DNA of 63,614 nt, counting the filler, from Bigelowiella natans CCMP2755 (taxonomy: Eukaryota; Protista; Cercozoa): the NCBI GenBank assembly GCA_000320545.1. It is 12 parts of 12 records of this genome, joined end to end, with 100 filler letters (N's around TTAATTAATTAA, not from the genome) between each part and the next. Parts side by side here need not be neighbours in the genome. Positions count along the whole stretch, not along the records: positions 7,988 to 15,130 come from ADNK01003168.1; positions 15,231 to 25,517 come from ADNK01003275.1; 10 more parts are not named here. The stretch is one strand, 5' to 3'. The notes under the pieces are model-generated. The model saw only the letters and a program-made list of their open reading frames with translations. It had not been told where the DNA came from and searched no databases. Every line of letters begins with the position of its first letter. The stretch's first letter is position 1. This document shows, piece after piece, positions 11,809-23,965 of the stretch. A program made the position numbers and the translations under genes.

Positions 11809-12753
11809 ACCTTCACTCATTCATCCATGCTTCACTCATTCGTTCACTCGGTTGTCATCTTTCTTTCGTGCACTCGTTCTTCAGGAAGCGTGCTGCGTGG
11901 GTGAGCGTGCAAGTCGCAGACTGGTCTTCGCTCACTCGCGGTGTTCGACGATGGGGCTTCGTTTTTGTCACTCACAGTTGTGGCACGTCGAAATCACCCG
12001 AAACCAAAACAGAGTGCACGACAATTCGAGATTTTCAAATCTTTGCAGATCGCAGCGTGTTCTTGTGTGCGCGTTCCAGCGTTGTTCTGCTCTGAAAGTG
12101 ATGGTTTCATCAGTGCAGGGGATTGCCTGCTGCTCGCAAGAGGTGTTTGGATTGAACGTCGCAACAGACAAGAACTTTGGAGAGGTCCACACAAGCCCGT
12201 CAAACCCGGCAACGACGGGGTTGTGAACAGTGCAGCGCTTTGCGACGCGCTTTGAAGCAGCAGGCAGTTGCAGTTGGTCAAAGAAAAGTCATCAGAACTT
12301 GTCCGATGGCCAAACCTCAAAAAATGACCGAAATGTTGACCAAAATGTCCATTTTCAAGGCCTCAAAGTGTGAAAATTCACACCCGTTGTGCAGCGGATG
12401 CTGTGGCGCTCAGTTTGCACGCCACGGCCGGACAGGCAGAGCGACGTCCGTTGTGTGCGTGACTCGCGACACACAACGTCCCAGGACGTCTCACGGCACG
12501 TGCCAGCATGGAACGTTCTGAGGACGTGCAGTTCGCTGCTCTTGTGTTCTTGGAAAGTTCCTTCGTTCTTCCTCGGACTGCCCGCACTCTCGGACAAGTC
12601 CAGGAACTGTCACAGAACGTTCTGCACGACACAGTGTTCGTGCAGCACGACAAAGGCGTCGGAACGACGCACAGTGAAAACAACGCATGATTGCATTGCA
12701 GGTGAAAGCTTTCTCGGAGCCGCACGCGCAACTTGAGCCTGCTTGCATGCAAT

Positions 12754-12815
12754 CACAACTCAAAAGACAACACAACTCAAACGGACACACAACTCAAAAG
12801 GCAACACAACTCAAA
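12754..12815. repeat. Short tandem repeat, four cacaactcaaa units (2 x ~34 bp)
   Basis: cacaactcaaaagacaacacaactcaaacggacacacaactcaaaaggcaacacaactcaaa. Confidence 0.8.
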
Positions 12816-14065
12816 CACCACAGCAACAGTCAAGTTTCATCAACGCTTTCATGAACCACGCTCAACCGCCTCTTGTTGACGCAGCAGCGATGCATGCGTG
12901 CACCCCAATGCCCGATTCAGCGCAGGACGACAAAATCGTGGATCGCTGTCTCGACAGGCCTGGTGCAAAGCAGGCACGGGAACCTCCTGTCGGCAGGGCC
13001 ACGTCTCTCAACTCGTCAGCTGAGAGCAAATGCGTGCTCGGCACATCCCCATTGGCACACGCCGCTGACGAGGGCGATGTGCACTCCAGAGTGAGCGCGA
13101 CAATGCACGCTGCGCGTTTGTTCTCTGCCACACTTTGAATGCTTTTGCGTGCATGTGCGCGTTTGACCAAGTGTGACATGCACGAAAAATTTCAAAGAAA
13201 TGCGAGCAAATCCAATGTCCATTGCATCACACGACGCGCTTGGTCGCGCGCAAAAGCTTCCAATTGCACATTCTGGCGATTCGTTGCAGGTTTGACGGAC
13301 CAAGCTTGCAATGTGCATGACGCAGAACTGCGGTGCCGTCACACCCATCGACTGATTCCGGTTCATCACGACTTGAGCTTTGTTCCTGTCATCGCATCTT
13401 GCGTGATCATTTGGCCATGTGTGGTCTGCTCATCAAATGCCCACAATTTGGCATTGGGCGACACAGCAATGTCGCGTCGTGTGTGTCACCATGCAGGCAC
13501 ACCACCAGATCGCGTTGTGTTGTCTGTGAACAAGCGGGCAAGCGATGCGCACATCTAGACATGCGCTGCTTGACCAGCATGGTGGCACTGCTGTGGCTAG
13601 AATGGCGCACTGCGTTGTGCAATCAGCTCGACTGACCACACGTTGGCCGTTCAGTTGGCACCACATCGCACAGGCAGAACTCATCGAGATTTAGCTAGCA
13701 GGCAACTAGCGGAGAATCTCACGGACACAGACCGCTCTGGACACTTGCATTGTTGACGTGCAACATGACAAGCAAGAACTGTGGTGCACGTCATTTGCAA
13801 AAAGGTGGACCACATCGTGCGATGTCGCGATGTCCAGGGCAGCAGTGACGCTCACGCGGGCCTCTTCCCTCTTTTAAAAGCTCTGGACACGAGGCTAACA
13901 AATTTGCTCAGTGTACAGGCAACGGAAATTTTCACGAAATACTTTTTGGAATTAAGCATGTAGCACACAAAACAAACATCGCATAAAAGCACATCAAAAA
14001 AATGCAAGATGTCAATGATGAATCCAAGCTGCGGAAATCATGCAAGGGATTCGATAACATTAACA

Positions 14066-14428
14066 TCAACCGGAGAAAACTCGCCGCAGTGACATGACGG
14101 GTTGCTTTGCCTTGTTTGTCATCATGGATGATGGTGCACCATCTCCTATCAGAAGTCCAGGTTTCTCAAATACTTCACTATCGAAGGAAGATTCATCGCA
14201 GGAGTGAAGAGTTGGTAGCGAGCTCATAGGAACGGCAGAAGAAGTTAAATTGATAATGTCGTTGTCATTGCTGTAGCTAAGATAGCCTTCTTCTTTTTTT
14301 GCTTCTTCTCCTTCAATTATGCATTTTCGTCGCCACTTCTTCCTTTTATTCCTTTTGTCCTTAGTTTTGATTTTGTTCTCAGCCTTTCCATGTTGAATGT
14401 GCACATTCTCTTTCCCATCGGCAAGCAT
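14066..14428 (-). CDS. Hypothetical protein, probable terminal exon (basic then Ser/acidic low complexity)
   Basis: Open ~120-codon frame with protein-like composition; no recognisable motif. Confidence 0.3.
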   Translation of the reverse strand: MLADGKENVHIQHGKAENKIKTKDKRNKRKKWRRKCIIEGEEAKKEEGYLSYSNDNDIINLTSSAVPMSSLPTLHSCDESSFDSEVFEKPGLLIGDGAPSSMMTNKAKQPVMSLRRVFSG

Positions 14429-14520
14429 CCACCGGTCAGATTCCGGGGAGAGGAGGAGAAGAAATAAAGTGCTTCCAAAAAATATCTGAATATATGACAC
14501 CAATTGCAGTGCGAGCGCGC

Positions 14521-15130
<610 letters not shown>

Positions 15131-15478
15131 NNNNNNNNNNNNNNNNNNNNNNNNNNNNNNNNNNNNNNNNNNNNTTAATTAATTAANNNNNNNNNNNNNN
15201 NNNNNNNNNNNNNNNNNNNNNNNNNNNNNNTCGTAACCGATGGCCAAGGAATCAACAGAAACATTTATCTAGTTCTGCTCAAATTTCAGCACATTGTAAA
15301 GAAATAAATAATGTTTTTTGAGTAATTACGACTAAATAGACTAGCTAACAATATTACTCTAATCTAATATTCCAACCTATGCATTGACATCATCATCATC
15401 ATCATCATCATCATCGTTATCATCATAATCAATATGATTCAATCACTTCTCCTTTTTCTCGTTGTTCTACTGTCTCAG

Positions 15479-15750
15479 GGAGGTGCAAGTTATTCGTAGC
15501 CCAGATGATCTCGATATGTTCCCTAGGCCGCGTTTGATTTTGGTTAGCGAAACAGCTGAGAAGAGAGGGGGAGTGGGGAGGCGCATATTTCTCACCTTCA
15601 TTTAGCTAAAAATAGAGTATGAAGTAGACGTTTAAACGAAAGCATGCAAAAGCTAAATTAGCTGCGTATTTGCAATATATTGATCATTGAAGACTAATAC
15701 GTTTTATCAGTGTGATATTACCACCCTATTAGTTTTTATTATCGATGCTG

Positions 15751-15785
<35 letters not shown>

Positions 15786-15960
15786 CCTCTCTCTCTTTTG
15801 TTCTGCTCTGCTACAAATGAGTTATGCATTATTATTTATTATTATCTACCTACTCTTATGCAATTAATAGGCGACGGACGTGTCTTTATCAATCGGGTTC
15901 TCAAGATATATATTCACAAAAATGGCTAATGATCCTAGAAACCTAGTGCTTATCACACAG

Positions 15961-15999
<39 letters not shown>

Positions 16000-16107
16000 T
16001 ACCACCATCATCCGTCCTCGTCTTTCTCTTTTCATCCTCCTCCTCCTGCTGCTGCTGCTATTGATGATACTGAATGGACGAAATGCATTACATGCGTGTT
16101 TGGTGTT

Positions 16108-16149
<42 letters not shown>

Positions 16150-16212
16150 TGTGCGTGCATATATAATATAATAATATAATATGATATACAGACACAAACA
16201 CAGACATAGAGG

Positions 16213-16256
<44 letters not shown>

Positions 16257-16379
16257 TATGAACTAATAGATGTATCTTGACTATATTAACTATCATCAGC
16301 GTTGTCGTAAGGGTACCCCAGCCTACCAGCTTTCATCACAGAAGAAACCCCCCCCTTTAGTGGTCAAGATCAAGGTATA

Positions 16380-16411
<32 letters not shown>

Positions 16412-16791
16412 TAGTAGATGTGGAAAGTAGAGGATGAGTGTAGAGGAAGAAGAAGTAAAAGAAGAAGAAGAAGAACAAGATCACTTGGAATACTAGTAGT
16501 GCAACAAGCAGCAAGCATCTAACATGATCCTTGTCTGCTTTCTTGACTTTCCTGTTCCCCTTCGTCTCTCCCCTCTGTTTGCTTCATGATCCTTGTCTGC
16601 TTTCTTGACTTTCCTGTTTCCCTTCGTCTCTCCCCTCTGTTTGCTTTCTTGACTTTCCTGTTTCCCTTCGTCTCTCCCCTCTGTTTGCTTCTTGTGTTTG
16701 CATTGTATGCTAGGTTGCGAAGATGGTAGAGTTGTCGGCTCATGAGATTAAGGAGAGACTCAAGGTGATGATGATGAATATTCACACTATA

Positions 16792-16822
<31 letters not shown>

Positions 16823-16958
16823 ATTGGAGGAAAGCTGTGTCGTACATTCCTCCTGTATATATATATATATATATATATATATTATCAGTATGCAATACAG
16901 CGATAAGCGCTAATTATTTGCACGATGACAATGATAAGTATGGCAATGCTACTTTGGT

Positions 16959-16999
<41 letters not shown>

Positions 17000-17463
17000 A
17001 TAACAATAGAGTCTCGCATCTCTTCTATTCGTTTCTTTAGTGTATTATTTTAAATTTCCAATGGTTTGTTTATATGCTGCTATACGGTCTGTTATTCTTT
17101 TTTTAGGTGACAATAAGAGTGCAATTTACCAAGCTGGATTTTGTGAGTCTTTCTGATGAAGAAAAGGTGAGTAAGTCATAGCAATGATGATGAGTTTTGC
17201 TCCTTACTTGAATCCCTCATAAGAAGAAGGACAACGATGAGCCTACTACCCTCTCTTTTTCTCTCCCTCTCTCCCTATTTCTCTTTTTCCAGTATTCATT
17301 CAAATCATATCCTATGCTCATATGTTTTAGCATCATCATTGTCATCATTATCATCATTACCATCATTACCATTATTATCAGACTGCTTTCCGTCAAGCTT
17401 TTCGGAGCGCCATTGCAACATCAGAGAAGCTGGTAATTAATTCATTTTCCGTCTTCTTATGTT

Positions 17464-17510
<47 letters not shown>

Positions 17511-17849
17511 CAATTTTATCTATCCTCTTCCCTCCCTCCTAATTATTACCTTGAATCCTTTCTCAATTTATTATTTAGGACATAAGCTGCATCTTGATCA
17601 CCTCCATTGATCCTTTGAGCTCAGAGATATCATCAGAGGTAGCATCCATCCATCCATCCATCAACACTGTTATGTTACTTGTACTCTATATTAGTGAGTA
17701 GTTGGGAGTTGTTGTTATTGTTGTCCATCCAATGCATTGTCGTTGTACATTTATAGGTTATAGTTGGCAAAGAAGCTCACATTGCTCCTTTCAGGAGAAA
17801 GGTGCTGCTGCACTCATCATATTTATTTTAACTACTCTTACACATGATA

Positions 17850-17880
<31 letters not shown>

Positions 17881-18035
17881 GATTTTGCATGATCTGGTTT
17901 GATTATACGAATGCAAGGTTCTTTTGGATCCAAACAGCATCTTCAGTGTAGCTAATGGCTTTAATTCAGCACTATATGGTCATTGGTTTTCCATTTTTTT
18001 TAACGCACACACACACCCACACAGAGAGAGAGAGT

Positions 18036-18072
<37 letters not shown>

Positions 18073-18534
18073 CACAAGCACTGAGCCATCAATACTTTAG
18101 ACTTTGATGACGAGAATGATGATGCATATTCTGCCCTCCCTCTCTCCCTCCCTCCCTCCCTCCCTCCCTCTTGGCGTCGTAGATATTGGTCATCATCATC
18201 TGTTTCATCTCGCTCTATTCATCAGGAAGTGCCACTACAAGTAGTGAAGATGGTACTGCTGATGCAGCAAAAAAGAAGAAGGGAAAGAAGAAGAAGAAGC
18301 AATCATCGAAGGATAAAAAGGAAGAGGGTGACAAAGGAGCGATAGGAGGAGGAGGAGGAGGAGGAAAAGAAGCAGCTAATGGTATTGGTTTGTAGTATGT
18401 AATGATGGGTTACATGATGATGGTGGTGGTGGTTATGATGATGTCCATATGTAGTCAAGTGAAGTGTACTTGTATCATTATGTCTTATTTCCGCTGCCGC
18501 TGCTGCTGCTCCTGCTGATGCTGATGCTGATGCT

Positions 18535-18583
<49 letters not shown>

Positions 18584-21033
18584 GTGTGTGTGTGTGTGTG
18601 TGTGTTTGAACATGGATAGTGGAGTTGTGCTGTCTGTGCTATTACTTATCGATAATATGGGCACAGGGAATGGTGGGGAGAGGGAGATCAAGGCAAAGAA
18701 CTCTCAAGATGAAGGGGTACAGCAGCAGCAGCAGCACAAACGGAAAAGGAAGCGAATGACCAAAGGAAAAAAGGGCTCGCGGAAGAAAAAAGCTGCTGCA
18801 TTTCCTATGTTTGAGTTTGAGAAGTAATTGCAATAATAATGATATATTAAATGTGGTGGGTGTCGTACGTAGTCCTGAAAGGAGGAATACGACGAAAATG
18901 GGGTTGGTGCAAGATGGAGCTATCATTATCATCATCATTATTATCATTGTAAGGATCATATCGATTCTCGATCAAGCTTCTTCTTCTTCTTCAGCAGCAG
19001 CAGTTTCTTTCATTGACAATTATTATTGCTGCCTAACACATAGGGAAGTGCGCACTTTTGATGATTATGGAGAGGTATTGTATCATAACGCAACAACAAC
19101 AACAACCACAACAACACCATTTTAGGTGGGATACTATTATTTTCATTTATTGATCTTTCCCACCTTCTCTTGTGTGTGTGTGTGTGTGTGTGTGCGTGCG
19201 TGTGCGTGTGCGTGTACTCCTCCTCCTCCTCCTCCTCCTCCTCCTCTCTTATTCTCCTTATCAGATCATCGATATGGAAGTATTCACCAAACTTCAAGCG
19301 CCAGAAGAAACGAAGACAATAAACTTCAGAGAATATCGTCACAACAGCAACAACAATAATATCATAAACCAGCACCATAGTAACCACGATATGATGATGA
19401 TGATGGGAGGAAGAGGCAATGGGGGAAGAGGAAGGATGATGATGATGATGATGGGGAGGGGAAGAGGGGCTGGTCAAGTTCCTCCGATAATGATGGAGAA
19501 CGACATTATGATGATGGCGGGTAGAGGAAGAGGAGGAAGAGGAGGAAGGGGAATGATGATGCAGCAAATGATGGGTCAAGGTCCCTTCCATTCTCAAGGT
19601 ATTATTGATATTCATTCTGTTGTTACGCTGTGTTAAGTACGGTAGAAAGGAGAAGGAGGATGAATTACAACAACACTCACTCTATTGTAATCTCGCTCCT
19701 TTCTATAAGATGTTGTTACTATACAGAAGAAGGAGGGGTAAAACTGGACAAGCACAGTGCTGCTGCTGCTGCAAAGGAAGAAGAGAAAGGGGAAGAACCG
19801 AAAATGATGAAAATTGAGTGGTTAGCTGCGACTTGCGTACACACACATACATACACACACACACACACAAGATTTTATTCCCCTCTTCTCTGTTCCTCTC
19901 CCCCTCTCTCTCTATATCTCAACTAGCTCCTCTTCTCCCTTCAACGTTATGATGATTCGCTGTTTCTTCTTTTTTCTTGTTCTTCTTTTTAGGAACACTG
20001 AAGACATAGTAGTAAAATGCAAAGTCCTCTACCTCGACTTTGAAGGAAGGTCAAAAGCGAAGGATATCAAAGGGATCATATCTCAGGTGGTGGATTATTA
20101 GTAGTAGTAGTACTAGTAGCAGGAGGAAGCTTCATCATCATCACCATCGATCATCATCATCATCATCAATATCAGTTTAAATAGTAAAAAGTACTACTAT
20201 TCTCATCTCTCTCTCTCCTCTGGATGTTAATGATGGTTATTAGTAGTATTGTTATTTTTCTTATTAGCAGCATCATTCTTATTACAAATTGTACTACCAC
20301 CTCCTCAGGTTAAGCCGCGGAAGGTTGTTATTATCCATGGAACTAATAGGGACAAGAAGAGCCTCAAGTGAGGAGAGTAGAGTAGATATAGAAAGTTAGT
20401 TATTCTATGGACGATGATACTATGGAATAGAATACCATCATCGGATTGCTGGTGCTGCTGCTACATAAGAAGAATAAGAATAATAATGACAAGAATACAC
20501 ACAATTAGATGATGATGATTCTGATTCTGATGATTCTGATGAATCATATTTAATGTTTATATGCATCTAGAACTTTTCGGAAGAGTTATAGCGAAATGCA
20601 TAAAATGAGAGGGAGGAGCGACGATGATGTATAATGATCTATCATGTATACAAGAATAAAAGTAATTCGTGTTGTTGCTTCGATATTCATGAATTCAAAT
20701 CGTCTTCCCCCTCTCGTCGTCATATTTCAACGTTGCTTGATAATTGGTCAGGACCTACTGCGAACGGCCGGGCTTGAATGCTAGTGTATATATTCCAAAA
20801 AACGGAAAGATGCTCGATATAATGTCAGAAACAGGCGTTGTTAATGTCGAGCTTCCCCCTGAGGTGGGAGGCTGCACATAGCACTAACACACTACATACC
20901 ATACATACTTGAATACTTCCTCTATATCAAACGATGAACTTCCTCGCATTCGTTAGTAGTTGTTCAAGTAGTAGAAGTAGTAGTGGTGATGGTGGTGGAT
21001 GTGTGTACGTGTGTGTGTTGATATATAGTTGTT

Positions 21034-21065
<32 letters not shown>

Positions 21066-21980
21066 ATACCACATTAATGGAGAATGATGCTATTACTTGT
21101 TACTAAATCAATCAATCAGCTTCTTCAGAGACTAAGCTTTCAGTCTATTAAAAATACCGGCTATGAAATTGCATGGCTAGATTCTCAATACACCGTAAGT
21201 ACTAGTACCAGTAGTACTAGCAGCAGTAATATTGAGATATCTGGAACAATCATAATGACCACGATTATAATACTTGTAGTTACGATAATAATTATTATAA
21301 TACAACAACGGTCATAAGAGTCAAAACATTGTCAAGTGAATCATTTATTATAAATTCATATCGTACATCGTGTATGCTGTGTGTATACGTGTACGTGTGC
21401 GTATGTATGTTTGCGTGTGGTGTAGTCTACTGCGCGTTTCTCCTCCTCCTCCTCCCCCTCCTCCTCCCCCTCCTCCCCTCCTGCTGCTCCTGCTGCCTCT
21501 CCTTGTGGAGGGGTAGTGCATGCTTCTTCGTCGTCATTAAAATGTATAAAATAGGACATGTAGTATGAAAAAACTCATGTAATATTATGATGATAACCAC
21601 GATGGTAGGAACAAAAAAGCGATGATGATGATGATGACGACGATGAAGAGGAGGAGCAGAAAACAAAGAAAGGAAAGAAAAAATTTGCTACACTGCAACC
21701 AGCACCTTATGAGAAAATCCAAGGACACACCGCAGTATTCCTCGGTAATAATATAAATGATGATGGTGATGAAGTATTCCTCGGTAATAATATAAATGAT
21801 GATGGTGATGAAAGGGGGAGATTATAGTGCTATATTGAGAAAATATATCTTGCAATATGTAATAGTAAAATAAACATCTCACCTTTTTCCTTCGTGTTGC
21901 GCAGGTAATATTAAATTCGCAGAATTGAAGAGATTTCTCATCACTAAAGGCCATAATGCTGATTTCCATGGAGGTCGGTA

Positions 21981-22017
<37 letters not shown>

Positions 22018-22310
22018 GTGTAGTGCCTGACTAGGAAGAGGAGGGGGGGGGAGAGTGCATTATTTATTATACACTTATGTGCAACTTGAGATACTTATGA
22101 TATGTGTTTATTGACGTTATTATAGTGACCGCTCTCTCATTCTATCAATCTTCATCATTATATTCCCGTTCTTTCTTCCATACATTTACTACTATCAAAA
22201 TTGTTATTCTTTGGATTTTCTTATTGAGTGCTGTCTCGTCTTCAGGTATAATGGTTTGTGATGATAGACGTGTCACCATTCGTAAAGAAGTAAATGAAAA
22301 AAGGGCAAAG
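15479..22310 (+). CDS. CPSF2: Cleavage and polyadenylation specificity factor subunit 2 (CPSF100), partial
   Basis: Spliced exons give PRPRLIL/ATDVSLSIGFSRYIFTKMANDPRNLVLITQ, FPMFEFEK/EVRTFDDYGE/II, KCKVLYLDFEGRS..SQ/VKPRKVVIIHG, YEIAWLD and GHTAVFLG/NIKFAELKRFLITKGHNADFHGG/IMVC..VTIRK: the hallmark CPSF100 motifs in order. Confidence 0.93.
16523..16691. repeat. Intronic minisatellite (62-bp unit twice plus a partial unit)
   Basis: catgatccttgtctgctttcttgactttcctgtt.cccttcgtctctcccctctgtttgctt repeated in tandem. Confidence 0.9.
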
Positions 22311-22850
22311 GTATCATCATCATCGTCGTCGTCATTATCCGAGCACCGAGTGCTAAGCAAAGGCGTTTTTTTTTGTTTTGATGGGTTTTTTTAAAGAGTA
22401 AAATATGTAGTCTATGCTCTTTATATGTGCTACGATAGTATGTATTTTCTTGCATGAATAGAACAAGCATACGTACATAGTATTAGTGATTTGCGATTGT
22501 AGTAAAACTATTCTTGGTTGTGTGAGACAAAAATCATCGATTTGTTCCAGTGTCTTTAGTATTTCTTCATACATGGTATGGTCGTAGTGTGTAGAATAAG
22601 CATTGTTTGACCAGAGCGTTGAAACATACATTTAGATTCGAGTCCAGGGAACATTGTGCTCCCAGTACTTCAAAGTGCGTGATCTCATATACGAGCAATA
22701 CTCTATTCTGTAGGCACGCATGCTACATAGACCATTAATCATGCAGGCATGTACTTCATGGTTTACTAGGACTAGAGGACTGTGTGCGTTGTTAGTTTTT
22801 GTTTCTATGTTCTCTTTGTTTTGACATGGACGGTCAATGCTCACTACAAG

Positions 22851-23810
22851 TTGGCACCATCATGTCATGCAAACATTGACGTGATCGATGTGCAATTTTT
22901 GCTGAGATGCAACATCAGTTCATTGATTGAATGACATGGCAACGCCGTACGGGCAACACGAATTCATGGAACAACGTAGCATGCACACAGTGCCCATTTG
23001 TCACAGACAATGCAATGTGACACACATGTGCGTTGTGTGCATGACATCACCGTGTCCATCATCGAATGTGAAAGCATCGTTGCGCGTGCTAGCTAGTGCA
23101 TACTAGCTAGCATGCATGCGAGCACGCTGGCACGCTGGCACGACTAGGTCTAGCTAGCCAGATCGAGGTGATCGACGCGATGTGCGATGCTGTCGAATTG
23201 TGATCGAACCAAGTCTAGAAGTGTTGATAGACTTGTCTGGACGCTGATGTGCACACAGCATGCATGCGTGCTTGTGTGCGTGCGATCCGTTCACACAACG
23301 ATCAACGTGCGCGTGGCGCCCTCAGCTGGTCAGGCCGGCTAGCCGGCACGCTGGCCAGCTAGCCAGTGCGACAGCCTGGATTGCTAGGTGCAGATCTCGA
23401 TTTGCAACTGGCACCCACGTACCAGCATGCGGCATCACACTTGCGGTCACAATGTCCAGTGTTGGCAATTCTCTCAGAACTGCCATCACGCAGAACAGTC
23501 GCTAGGTCGTCCCGCACGTGCAGTTGGTGGGCATGATTTGAACCCATGCTCAATTGCCCATGCTAGCGTGGGTGTCGTCTCAAATGTCCTAATGAACAAT
23601 GAACAATGATGATGATGAACTACATTTCCAAAACGTTGCAAGACGTTTGCAGTGTGCGAAACGCAGTGCCTCGAACTAGCTTCAGTGAGGACTGCGCGCT
23701 GTGGCTTCATCGCAGTGGCATCTTTCATCCCTTTTTTGTTGCCAATCTGTAACAAAAATGCGACAATGAAAAGTGATGTCGCAGATATGTTTTCAAATGC
23801 CAACGGCGTA
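22851..23810. other. Partially TpA-depleted, CTAG-rich intergenic island containing a copy of the 11.2-11.8 kb repeat
   Basis: Hand count gives about 24 TA in 960 nt, about 14 of them in CTAG; repeat copy at ~23591-23694. Confidence 0.8.
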
Positions 23811-23965
23811 TGTGCTAGAGGGCGGGAATAAATATCACATTGTTACGAAAATAGAATGCGGATTTCATGAAAAGATAAAATTGCGCGTCGTTTGTTAGCA
23901 TATATCTTAATTTGAATCCGAGGTGACTGTTTATTTTTTCGGGATTTTTAAAATATTTTTCGCGA

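Larger units (their letters stand above)
11108..13555. other. TpA-free intergenic island (hypermutated repeat/transposon debris)
   Basis: No TA dinucleotide between 11106-11107 and 13556-13557 (checked line by line). ORFs lying within it lack Tyr and end only in TGA. Confidence 0.95.

Noticed and set aside
11087-13684. Dense overlapping ORFs on both strands, rich in Cys/His
   Set aside because: By-product of TA loss: TAA/TAG stops and Tyr codons cannot occur. No domain motifs or exon structure, so these are not genes or an alternative genetic code.
22842-22850. CACTACAAG, resembling an En/Spm (CACTA) terminus at the edge of a TA-poor island
   Set aside because: No matching inverted end or 3-bp target duplication could be found; 9 bp is within chance.
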